64,000 nt of DNA from positions 151,858 through 215,857 of the forward strand of contig CAZXND010000001.1 of assembly GCA_964641355.1 (NCBI GenBank), in the 5' to 3' direction. The notes beneath the pieces were generated by a model. That model saw only the letters and a program-made list of their open reading frames with translations. It was not told the DNA's origin and ran no database searches. A program made the position numbers and the translations under genes. The DNA is from an uncultured Gammaproteobacteria bacterium (GTDB lineage Bacteria > Patescibacteriota > Microgenomatia > Levybacterales > GWA1-39-11). Positions 32,875 through 41,370 of the stretch are shown here, piece by piece (position 1 is the first letter of the stretch; every line of letters starts with the position of its first letter).

Positions 32875-33353
32875 GAATGCATAACAATTTCCCCACCCGT
32901 CGGGAAACCTGAGGGAACAATAATAGGATTTAAACCCTTCGTTTTATAAAAAATATCGGCAATATTTTTAATCCCATCTAATAGTTCGAGTGATGAATCC
33001 ATATCGATTTTTTGTCTTACTGCTATCGACAATTTTACGGTATTTTCTAAAAGACTTGAAAGCTCAGGAAAATTCTTATAATGCTCGTCCTTAAAATAAT
33101 CGTTTTTAAGAGTCCCCAACTCACTCTCGATTATTCCTCCATGTTCTTCTTTTATTCGAGTGAGACGTGCAACGTTGTGACCTAATTTAACTCCATCCTC
33201 ACCTTTAACTTCAGATAAAAGCTTCGTCATTCTAATTACAGTATGAGCTGCCATTTGGGAGTACTGTACATCGTAAACCCCGCAAGGGATATCACAATGA
33301 GCATAAGCTACTTCAAAAGGAATTTTTAGCATAATCTTTTTAAGTAAATTCAT
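32871..33353 (-). CDS. sodN: Nickel superoxide dismutase precursor
   Basis: Ni-hook HCDIPCGVYD after an 18-aa leader ending VAYA. Confidence 0.93.
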   Translation of the reverse strand: MNLLKKIMLKIPFEVAYAHCDIPCGVYDVQYSQMAAHTVIRMTKLLSEVKGEDGVKLGHNVARLTRIKEEHGGIIESELGTLKNDYFKDEHYKNFPELSSLLENTVKLSIAVRQKIDMDSSLELLDGIKNIADIFYKTKGLNPIIVPSGFPTGGEIVMHS

Positions 33354-33428
33354 AAAGATACATTATTAAAACTTATCAATAAAGTCAACAGTTAAAGGTA
33401 ATAAACTTGTAAGGTGTATAATTATAGA

Positions 33429-33959
33429 ATGAAATTTGACTTTGAGATGATAAAAGAGAATATTAAATTTTGCCCAAGATGCAAAACAAATTTTAAAAAA
33501 ATAAAAGAAAACTTATTAGTATGTGGCTCTTGTTCTTTTAATTTTTACATTGATCCTCAACCAACAAATGCTGTGATCTTAATAAATAAAAAGGGTGAAA
33601 TATTGCTCGTTAAAAGGAAAACCGATCCAAAACGTGGTTGGTGGGATCTACCAGGTGGCTTCGTTGATCCCAACGAAACGATAGAACAATCGATGCATAG
33701 GGAAATTAAAGAAGAGCTTGGAATAGAAGTTAAGAATTTAGAATATTTCACCTCAACTTCAGATATTTATTTTTTTAATGATTTTTATAGACCCACTATT
33801 GCAGCGATTTTTATTGCAAAAGTTGACAATCAAAAAATAGAGCCATCTGATGACGCTGAAGAAGCAATTTTCTTCGCTCCCAAAAAAATTCCCTTTGAGA
33901 AAATTGCTTTTCCAAGTCTTGCTGAGGTGCTTAAAGAATTTATTTCTGCAAAGTATTAA
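33429..33959 (+). CDS. NUDIX hydrolase with N-terminal zinc ribbon
   Basis: FCPRC..CGSC; Nudix box GGFVDPNETIEQSMHREIKEELG. Confidence 0.92.
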   Translation: MKFDFEMIKENIKFCPRCKTNFKKIKENLLVCGSCSFNFYIDPQPTNAVILINKKGEILLVKRKTDPKRGWWDLPGGFVDPNETIEQSMHREIKEELGIEVKNLEYFTSTSDIYFFNDFYRPTIAAIFIAKVDNQKIEPSDDAEEAIFFAPKKIPFEKIAFPSLAEVLKEFISAKY

Positions 33960-35286
33960 ATTGCTCTAGAAAATTTTCAAAATCTTCTCCAAACTCATCT
34001 ATATTTTGTGCGGCAAATGTCAATGTCCACAACTTATCATTTTTAATAAAGATTATATAATCAAAATTATAATTACCAGAATACTCTCCTCCATCTTCTA
34101 TTGCAAAATCACCTTTAAACTCTTCTCCTTCAATCTCATCAATCTCAATATTGTTAATTTCTTGAATGTTGGCAGGGAAACCTAATAACTTTGTGCCTCT
34201 CAATCCCTCCTCTACCCATGCTTTATAAAAAGACAAAGATTGACCGTTTGTATTTTCTACTGTCACCGTAATTCCTGCTTTTATATTAGTGTCAGAAGGA
34301 AAAAATCTTTCTTGAAGTTGTCCGTTTTTTGAAGAAATATTCTGAAAAGTCCATCCATCTGGTATCGGCGCTTCAAAACCCAAACTTGAGATAAATTTAT
34401 CATCACATATAATATCGTTTTCAACACATGACTCTTCATTGTTTGGCTCAAAGGGAGTCTCGTCGATATCTTCGGTAATTTGTCCAATTAAAGCATCTTT
34501 AGGAATAAAGTTATTATGTCCGCAATCAATCAACGCTAGCTTATCATCTGGCCCGCAGACTCGTCCATCAGCAATTACTTCTCTGCCATCTCTCACATTT
34601 GTAATCCTTCCTTGATAAAAACCATTACTATCCACTTCTCTGGTTCCAGAAATCTCCCATTCTCCACCTATTAAAATCTTTGCCTGAGAAATATCTGCAG
34701 GCTTGTCTGCATTTCTAAACCCAATATGAAGATGTACTCCAGTAGAACTTTCTTGTGGGGTATGTGCACAGGATACATGTCCAAGCTTTTCTCCAATTTC
34801 TACATGCTCTCCCTTTTCTACCTGAATATTTGTTAAATGAGCCATCATTATTTGAGCATTGGGGTTTTTGTCCATCTTAATTTCTAATAAACTGTGAGTT
34901 GTACTATTTACATCGCTTCCTCCAACGAGAACTATTTCACCTTCAATTGGGGAAGTTATCCAGTCATCCTCATATCTTATTTCGTCTTGAGAATTTGGAT
35001 CACAGTGAGTGATTTCTCCTGGAGCAAAGTCTAAAGAACTCAAAATTGAGCCGCCAAAAAGTTCTGAATGTGGACCGTTAGTAAGTCGCCAATCGCCAGT
35101 TGTAAATGGGAATTCTAGATCTGTTACTTTCCTTTGATGAACAGAATTAGAATCACTTGAGTTAGAATTGCTTTCACTGTTACAAGAAAAGGCACCTGCA
35201 GCAATAATTGCAGCACTCATTGTTCTTGCAACAGAATTAAGTCTGCTTCTTATTCTTTCTGGCCGGTTGCCTCGCTCAGAAAACAT
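33940..35286 (-). CDS. Putative lipoprotein with M23-like peptidase domain and PsbP-like C-terminal domain
   Basis: AGAFSC lipobox-like; LDF, MAHL..VEKGEHV..GEKLG, TGVHLH; PDGW..LTF C-domain. Confidence 0.7.
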   Translation of the reverse strand: MFSERGNRPERIRSRLNSVARTMSAAIIAAGAFSCNSESNSNSSDSNSVHQRKVTDLEFPFTTGDWRLTNGPHSELFGGSILSSLDFAPGEITHCDPNSQDEIRYEDDWITSPIEGEIVLVGGSDVNSTTHSLLEIKMDKNPNAQIMMAHLTNIQVEKGEHVEIGEKLGHVSCAHTPQESSTGVHLHIGFRNADKPADISQAKILIGGEWEISGTREVDSNGFYQGRITNVRDGREVIADGRVCGPDDKLALIDCGHNNFIPKDALIGQITEDIDETPFEPNNEESCVENDIICDDKFISSLGFEAPIPDGWTFQNISSKNGQLQERFFPSDTNIKAGITVTVENTNGQSLSFYKAWVEEGLRGTKLLGFPANIQEINNIEIDEIEGEEFKGDFAIEDGGEYSGNYNFDYIIFIKNDKLWTLTFAAQNIDEFGEDFENFLEQFNTLQK

Positions 35287-35386
35287 ATATTTCGATTGAC
35301 ACTGTCAAGATATACCTTTGGGATTACTTCGTCAAGAGGAATTTTTGCTTTCGAAATTACTGTTTAGGTGATATAATTTCGAAGCT

Positions 35387-35470
35387 GGAGGGTTGGCCGA
35401 GTGGTTTATGGCGCTGGTCTTGAAAACCAGTGAGTGAAAGCTCTCACAGGTTCGAATCCTGTACCCTCCG
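35387..35470 (+). tRNA. tRNA-Ser(UGA)
   Basis: Cloverleaf GGAGGGT/ACCCTCC-G, anticodon arm CTGGT-CTTGAAA-ACCAG, long variable arm, GGTTCGAATCC. Confidence 0.97.
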
Positions 35471-35548
35471 CAGAGTTCTGTTATAATTTAAGCCGCAATT
35501 CATTGGAGGAGTCGGATAAGCAAATAGCTTGTGCGGCTCTCAAACAAG

Positions 35549-35636
35549 GGAGGAGTCGCATAGTTGGTCCATTGCGAGGGTTTGCTAAACCCTTGAGTCT
35601 AAATGACTCGCGCAGGTTCGAATCCTGTCTCCTCCG
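35549..35636 (+). tRNA. tRNA-Ser(GCU)
   Basis: GGAGGAG/CTCCTCC-G, anticodon arm AGGGT-TTGCTAA-ACCCT, long variable arm, GGTTCGAATCC. Confidence 0.96.
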
Positions 35637-35729
35637 CCCACAATCCCTTCTAGAAATTATTACTTTTTTGTTACCGATTTGTGGCTAAATTTAATTGCTA
35701 TATAAAGAGTCCTATGATAAACTTTTACT

Positions 35730-36038
35730 ATGGAAAACGAAGGTGCAAAAGCTACCGGTAGTTCTGTGTCGCTTAGTATTCATGATGAAGTAGTAAATTC
35801 AGGTGTTAATCTTATCCATCCAGATCGGGAATTAATCTCTTCTATAAATGGGACTCCAATGGAGACCAGAGGAGAAATAATCGAACATCCAACCCAACCC
35901 TCTAATATCATCGACTTCACCAATGCCAAAGAGGCCATGAACACTCAAGAAGGAGAAACGAAGCGATCAACAAATAGATGGAAGCGATTATGGTTTTTTA
36001 GAGAAAAAGAACAAAAGGAGAAAAAAGATGCAGCTTGA
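35730..36038 (+). CDS. Hypothetical protein
   Basis: 102-aa ORF overlapping the start of the T4CP gene. Confidence 0.65.
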   Translation: MENEGAKATGSSVSLSIHDEVVNSGVNLIHPDRELISSINGTPMETRGEIIEHPTQPSNIIDFTNAKEAMNTQEGETKRSTNRWKRLWFFREKEQKEKKDAA

Positions 36039-38457
36039 AATTTTCTCAATCGACACTATCGTAACAATTCTTTTTTCTTTGGTTCTTTCTATCGTTTTGG
36101 TATCAGCTTTAATCGCTTCTCTTGTTGGAATTTTCTATGCATGGGGTCTTTGGAGAAAATCTGAATTACGACACAAAAAATCTTTAGACTCGTCTCTTCT
36201 TGAAATAGCACTTCCACGCGATAACGAAATAAAAATAGATGCAGCAGAACAACTTTTTTCAAGCTTTGCAGCAATGAAAAGCGTTAAAGGAATTCTTGCA
36301 TTTTCAAAAGTTCCCGACAGTATTTCTTTTGAAATCGTTGCACGCCCACAAGATATTAGATTTTATGTAGGAGTTCCAAAAAATCTTCGTGACATGGTTG
36401 AAAAACAAATTCATGGATCATATCCCGACGCACAGATAAAAGAAGTTGAAGACTATAATCTTTTTTCAGATAGTGGCGAGGTCGCCTACGCAAGCTTGGG
36501 CACAAAAGCCTCCTCTTACATTCCTATAAAAACGTTCAAAGACATACCTATTGATCCGCTTTCACAAATAACGAGTGTCATGGGAAAAATGCAGGAAGGT
36601 GAAGCCGCTGCGATTCAAATAATGATCACTCCCGGAGGAGATAAGTGGAAGAAATCAGGACGAACATACATCTCAGGTGTTAAAAAAAGAGAAGCAAATC
36701 CTGAAACAGCAAAATATTCAGTCGATCAAAGAGAGCTTGAGTCAATTGAACAAAAATTACCAAAACCTGGATTTTCCACATATATAAGACTAGTAGTTGT
36801 ATCCTCTACAAAAGAGTCTGCCGAAGCACATCTTTCAAACCTGGTCAGCTCCTTCACTCAATTTTCTTCTTACAACTCATTTGTAAAAAAGAAAATAACG
36901 TTTTTTAAGGACTCATTTATGGTTGACTTTATTTATCGATACTTACCACTCAGGGATAAAGGATCAATTCTAAACTCAGAAGAATTAGCAACCATATTCC
37001 ATTTCCCAAATAAAAGCATAGATAATCCACATATTAATTGGCTATCTGCACGAGTTGCACCAGCACCTGCAACAATTCCAACTTCAGGACTTTATCTTGG
37101 AAAGAGCATTTTTAGAGGAGTTGAAAAACCAATTTATGTTGGAGAGGATGACAGGAGACGTCATATGTATATTATTGGAAAAACCGGTACAGGAAAATCA
37201 GAACTTCTTAAAAGCATGATCTTACAGGATATAAAGGCTGGTAAAGGGGTCTGTTTCATAGATCCACATGATACAATTGAACAAATTCTCCCCCTTATTC
37301 CACCCGAGCGAGCAGAAGATGTAATTCTATTTGATCCCTCAGATACAGATAGACCAATGGGTTTAAATATGCTTGAAGCAAATACTGAAGAACAAAAACA
37401 TTTTATGGTTTCATCGATTATTGGTCTTATGTATAAGCTTTATGACCCACACCAAACAGGAATTATTGGTCCAAGATTTGAACATGCAGTCCGAAACGCA
37501 ATGCTTACAGTAATGAGCGAAGAAGGAAACACTTTCGTTGAAGTTGTTAGAGCCCTAACCGACTCCGCTTTTGTACAAGAACTTTTACCCAAAGTCGATG
37601 ACCCGATCATAAGAAGATATTGGACAGATCAAATTGCTCAAACTTCTGATTTTCACAAGTCTGAAGTACTAGACTATATAGTTTCTAAATTCGGACGATT
37701 TGTTACCAACAAAATGATGAGAAATATAATAGGACAAAGCAAAAGCGCTTTTAACTTTCGTGAAATAATGGACTCAAGAAAAATTCTTCTCATTTCTCTT
37801 GCAAAAGGAAAAATTGGTGAGGAAAATTCTAGCTTTTTAGGACTTATTCTCGTCCCAAGAATTTTAATTGCCGCTATGTCCCGACAAGACATTCCCATGG
37901 AAAGGCGACAAGACTTCTATCTTTACGTTGATGAGTTTCAGAACTTTGCTACTCCGGACTTTGCCCAAATATTATCTGAGGCAAGAAAATATAGACTGAA
38001 TTTGATTGTTGCCAATCAATTTATCGGACAGATGGAGGAAGAGGTTAAAAACGCTGTTTTTGGAAATGCAGGAACAATCATGTCTTTTAGAGTCGGTGTA
38101 ACAGATGCAAACTACCTTCAACATGAATTCCAACCAACATTTTCCGAAGCGGATCTAATAAATGTTGAACGATTCCACGCTTATATGAAAACAATTGTAA
38201 GTGGAGAACCAGTACCTCCGTTTTCAATTGACTTAACTAGAAATATCGTTGAAGAGAAAAAACTTGAAAACCCAAGAGTTGCAGAACTTGTTAAAGAACT
38301 TTCAAGACTTAAATATGGAAAACCTAAAGAACAAATAGAGAATGAGATAGCAAAAAGATCTAGACTTTTTGAAGTCGAAGAAGATTATTCAAAAGACTTA
38401 CCTGAATTGGGACGCGGACCAGAGGGTGGATTTGGTGGAACAGGTGGTAGTATCTAA
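36028..38457 (+). CDS. Type IV secretion coupling protein-like ATPase (VirD4/TraD/TrwB family)
   Basis: N-terminal TM; RRHMYIIGKTGTGKS Walker A, FIDPH, LYVDEFQNF, SEARKYRL, ANQF. Confidence 0.9.
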   Translation: MQLEIFSIDTIVTILFSLVLSIVLVSALIASLVGIFYAWGLWRKSELRHKKSLDSSLLEIALPRDNEIKIDAAEQLFSSFAAMKSVKGILAFSKVPDSISFEIVARPQDIRFYVGVPKNLRDMVEKQIHGSYPDAQIKEVEDYNLFSDSGEVAYASLGTKASSYIPIKTFKDIPIDPLSQITSVMGKMQEGEAAAIQIMITPGGDKWKKSGRTYISGVKKREANPETAKYSVDQRELESIEQKLPKPGFSTYIRLVVVSSTKESAEAHLSNLVSSFTQFSSYNSFVKKKITFFKDSFMVDFIYRYLPLRDKGSILNSEELATIFHFPNKSIDNPHINWLSARVAPAPATIPTSGLYLGKSIFRGVEKPIYVGEDDRRRHMYIIGKTGTGKSELLKSMILQDIKAGKGVCFIDPHDTIEQILPLIPPERAEDVILFDPSDTDRPMGLNMLEANTEEQKHFMVSSIIGLMYKLYDPHQTGIIGPRFEHAVRNAMLTVMSEEGNTFVEVVRALTDSAFVQELLPKVDDPIIRRYWTDQIAQTSDFHKSEVLDYIVSKFGRFVTNKMMRNIIGQSKSAFNFREIMDSRKILLISLAKGKIGEENSSFLGLILVPRILIAAMSRQDIPMERRQDFYLYVDEFQNFATPDFAQILSEARKYRLNLIVANQFIGQMEEEVKNAVFGNAGTIMSFRVGVTDANYLQHEFQPTFSEADLINVERFHAYMKTIVSGEPVPPFSIDLTRNIVEEKKLENPRVAELVKELSRLKYGKPKEQIENEIAKRSRLFEVEEDYSKDLPELGRGPEGGFGGTGGSI

Positions 38458-38513
38458 GTAGACTTAACCTGCTCATTTAGATATAATTACAAATCTCAAA
38501 ACTAGAGTACCAA

Positions 38514-38536
38514 CTCAGTGGCGGAGCGCTACTCTT
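38514..38536 (+). repeat. Partial upstream copy of tRNA-Ile(UAU) (D-arm to anticodon loop)
   Basis: CTCAGTGGCGGAGCGCTACTCTT matches 38582-38604 at 22 of 23 nt. Confidence 0.85.
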
Positions 38537-38571
38537 TGATGATTTAATGTTTGGGAACAAATGAGAAATGC

Positions 38572-38643
38572 GCGCCTGTAGCTCAGTGGCAGAGCGCTAC
38601 TCTTATAAAGTAGATGTCCTTGGTTCGAATCCAAGCAGGCGCA
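38572..38643 (+). tRNA. tRNA-Ile(UAU)
   Basis: GCGCCTG/CAGGCGC-A acceptor, anticodon arm CTACT-CTTATAA-AGTAG, T-arm CTTGG-TTCGAAT-CCAAG. Confidence 0.93.
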
Positions 38644-38662
38644 CAACCCAAAAAATTGTCCG

Positions 38663-38676
38663 TCGAATCCAAGCAG
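38663..38676 (+). repeat. Partial downstream copy of the tRNA-Ile(UAU) T-arm/acceptor
   Basis: TCGAATCCAAGCAG identical to 38625-38638. Confidence 0.8.
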
Positions 38677-38693
38677 ATTATATAGAAACTGCC

Positions 38694-40403
38694 ATGAAGA
38701 AATTTTTTTTAAATTCTTTTATTTTTTTAAATCTTTTTTTTATAATATTCTCTGTCTCCTTAATTATTACTTCTCAAAAAACCAACGTAGTTTTAGCAGC
38801 AGATGACAAGTGCAATAATACAAAAGCTCTTGGTCTTGATGAAATTAGTACTTGCCTTGATCAACTCGCAAAAGAAAAAGAACAATCTGAAAAAGCAACC
38901 AGGCCAATCGAAGATCAACTTGATGGAATTAAAAACAGAGTTATTTTTATCGAAAAAGATCTAGTAGTTAAGGGAAAAAACATCAAAAATGGATACGAAG
39001 CTCTTGAAAAGAGAAAAGACATATTAAATAGATCCATTAGAAGATTGTACATAAATACTTCCCACGACTCACCTTTTGCGATTTTTTTGTCACTTAAATC
39101 GGCTTTTAACATAACTCAAGCGCTAGCATACGATCGTGCACAAACAAATCAAGATAAACAAATAATTACCACCATTGTTATTTCACTTAGTGATCTTGAA
39201 GAAAAGAAAAAAAATCTTGAAACAGAACAGAAAGAACTCGTTCTAGTTAAAGAAAAACTAGATAAAGTAGTCAGCGAAGCAAAAGCATATCAAGCTACTC
39301 TTTCTACTAAAATCGCACAACTTTCTGCTCAACAACAACAATTAATTGCTCAAAGACTTGGAAGTCTTAATATTCCAAGGTCGGCCGGAACTTCTGCCAG
39401 AGGATGTAGCGATGACAGAGATGTCAACCCGGGATTTTCTCCCAGAACTGCTTTCTTTACATACGGAGCACCCCACAGAAATGGTCTTAATCAATATGGT
39501 GCTTGGGGGAGAGCAAAAGCAGGACAAAATGAGGAAACGATTCTTAGTGAGTATTACCCTGGAAAAACTTTAAAAAAGGATTACGATCAAAACATTCACA
39601 TATCCACAACTACGGGATGGGGTGGAACAATTGAAGAGTACGTTAAAAGGATTTATGAAGTTCCTGATTCCTGGACTGATAATAACCTTGCCACTCTTAA
39701 AGCTCAGGCTGTTGCAGCAAGAACCTATGCTCTCAACGTCACAGATAATGGTTCCAAATCAATATGTACCAGTGAACAGTGTCAGGTTTTTAAACCAGAC
39801 CCTAAAGGAGGAAATTGGGAACAAGCAGTTAATGCAACGGCAGGATGGGTACTTATGGATGGAGGGAGCCCAGCTTTCACACAGTATGCATCGACGCATG
39901 GAGGGTATATACAGAATTTAGGGAAATTTGATGGATCAGGTGGAAATCCAGGCAGTTTTTCAGAACTTAATTCTAGAGCATATGATAAAGAATCTCCTTG
40001 GTTTTACTGTGACTGGGGTGCAAGAAGTCAGTATAACAATACGGCCTGGCTAAAACCGGATGAGGTAGCTGATATAGTAAATGTCATATTACTTGCACGC
40101 GCCGATTCAGGAACTGGAGATCATTTATATCAAACGGATAAGCCTCATCCTTATGGAGGAGAGGTTTGGAGCCCAGATAAAGTCAAATCAGAATTGAAAT
40201 CACGTGGAGTAACTCCTTATAATAATGTTTCATCTATATCAATTAGTGCCGATTTTAGCTCAGGAAAAACGAATTCAGTAAACATCTCAGGAGACAAAGG
40301 ATCAACATCTATTGATGGGAATGAGTTTAAAAATTGGTTCAATCTTCGAGCTCCTGCAAATATTCAAATAGTTGGTCCGTTGTATAATGTTGAAACAAAA
40401 TAA
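38694..40403 (+). CDS. Secreted coiled-coil protein with SpoIID/LytB-like domain
   Basis: Signal/TM and long coiled coil; EVPDSW..LKAQAVAARTYA..ICTSEQCQVF; HRNGLNQYGA; start moved downstream of the tRNA. Confidence 0.85.
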   Translation: MKKFFLNSFIFLNLFFIIFSVSLIITSQKTNVVLAADDKCNNTKALGLDEISTCLDQLAKEKEQSEKATRPIEDQLDGIKNRVIFIEKDLVVKGKNIKNGYEALEKRKDILNRSIRRLYINTSHDSPFAIFLSLKSAFNITQALAYDRAQTNQDKQIITTIVISLSDLEEKKKNLETEQKELVLVKEKLDKVVSEAKAYQATLSTKIAQLSAQQQQLIAQRLGSLNIPRSAGTSARGCSDDRDVNPGFSPRTAFFTYGAPHRNGLNQYGAWGRAKAGQNEETILSEYYPGKTLKKDYDQNIHISTTTGWGGTIEEYVKRIYEVPDSWTDNNLATLKAQAVAARTYALNVTDNGSKSICTSEQCQVFKPDPKGGNWEQAVNATAGWVLMDGGSPAFTQYASTHGGYIQNLGKFDGSGGNPGSFSELNSRAYDKESPWFYCDWGARSQYNNTAWLKPDEVADIVNVILLARADSGTGDHLYQTDKPHPYGGEVWSPDKVKSELKSRGVTPYNNVSSISISADFSSGKTNSVNISGDKGSTSIDGNEFKNWFNLRAPANIQIVGPLYNVETK

Positions 40404-40404
40404 T

Positions 40405-41106
40405 ATGAAACTTCAAGGAGAATTTGTATTAAAAAAAAATGATGGCTCAAAAATAGAAGAACCTATTTCTGCCATTCCTCAACTAGAATTACCTGTACAC
40501 GAAGTTGAAAAACCACTTCCGAAGAAACGGTCAAGACCAAGTTTTCTCTCAACATATGTTGAGCGCCCAGAAGGAGTAAGCTTCGAAATACAAGAAGAGA
40601 ATGAAGAAATCATAGTATTTATAAGACGTGACTTCATAACAAACTTTCCCTGGTTAATAACTTCTATTTCTCTTACATTCTTACCGGTTTTGTTATATCC
40701 ATTTCTTCCAAACTTGCTTTCTATTGTCTCCTTATCTCAAGCTTATCAAAATTTTATCTTTCTATTTTATTACCTTGCTCTATTTGGATACATACTTCTC
40801 AACTTTTCTCTTTGGTATTTTCACGTATCACTTGTAACCAGTGAAAGAATCATTGATATAGATATCCACGGAATAGTTCTTCGCGATGTAGCAGAAGTCA
40901 GACTCGAACAAGTACAGGATGTTAGCTATTCTCAAAATGGATTTTTAAGGTCTCTTTTCGACTATGGAGATGTTGTTATTCAAACAGCGGGAACCGAAGC
41001 AAATGTCGAATTTGACAAGGCCCCAAGACCTGCACGAATTGTACAAATAATTAGCGGTCTCTTAGAGAGAACTGAGGAAAAGGAGGAAAGAGATGGACAC
41101 ACTTAG
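40405..41106 (+). CDS. Membrane protein with bacterial PH (bPH_2) domain
   Basis: 2 TM followed by VTSERII..VQDVS..FDYGDVVIQTAG. Confidence 0.85.
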   Translation: MKLQGEFVLKKNDGSKIEEPISAIPQLELPVHEVEKPLPKKRSRPSFLSTYVERPEGVSFEIQEENEEIIVFIRRDFITNFPWLITSISLTFLPVLLYPFLPNLLSIVSLSQAYQNFIFLFYYLALFGYILLNFSLWYFHVSLVTSERIIDIDIHGIVLRDVAEVRLEQVQDVSYSQNGFLRSLFDYGDVVIQTAGTEANVEFDKAPRPARIVQIISGLLERTEEKEERDGHT

Positions 41107-41338
41107 CATAATAAATTCGTTTATCGCTTTCATTACAACTCCTAATCTAATTTTTAGACTTCTATTTATAGTTCTTGTAGCAGTCTATTCCATATATTCA
41201 ATAAGTCTTCTTCTTCAAGTTAGAATACTCAACAGAGTCATAAATCTTATTTCATTTTCACCTATCTTTACTTTTCTTGCTCTTCTTCATTTCTTAATGA
41301 CACTAGGACTTCTCCTATATGCTATATTTGCGCTCTAG
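41093..41338 (+). CDS. Small hypothetical membrane protein (2 TM)
   Basis: 81-aa ORF with QVRILNRV between two TM segments. Confidence 0.7.
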   Translation: MDTLSIINSFIAFITTPNLIFRLLFIVLVAVYSIYSISLLLQVRILNRVINLISFSPIFTFLALLHFLMTLGLLLYAIFAL

Positions 41339-41370
41339 TTAGTAATTCAGAAAAGCTGTAAAATAAAACA

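Noticed and set aside
35434-35688. 84-aa ORF
   Set aside because: Runs across two tRNA-Ser genes; spurious
38568-38693. N-terminal extension of the SpoIID-like ORF
   Set aside because: Overlaps tRNA-Ile; ATG 38694 gives a normal signal/TM start
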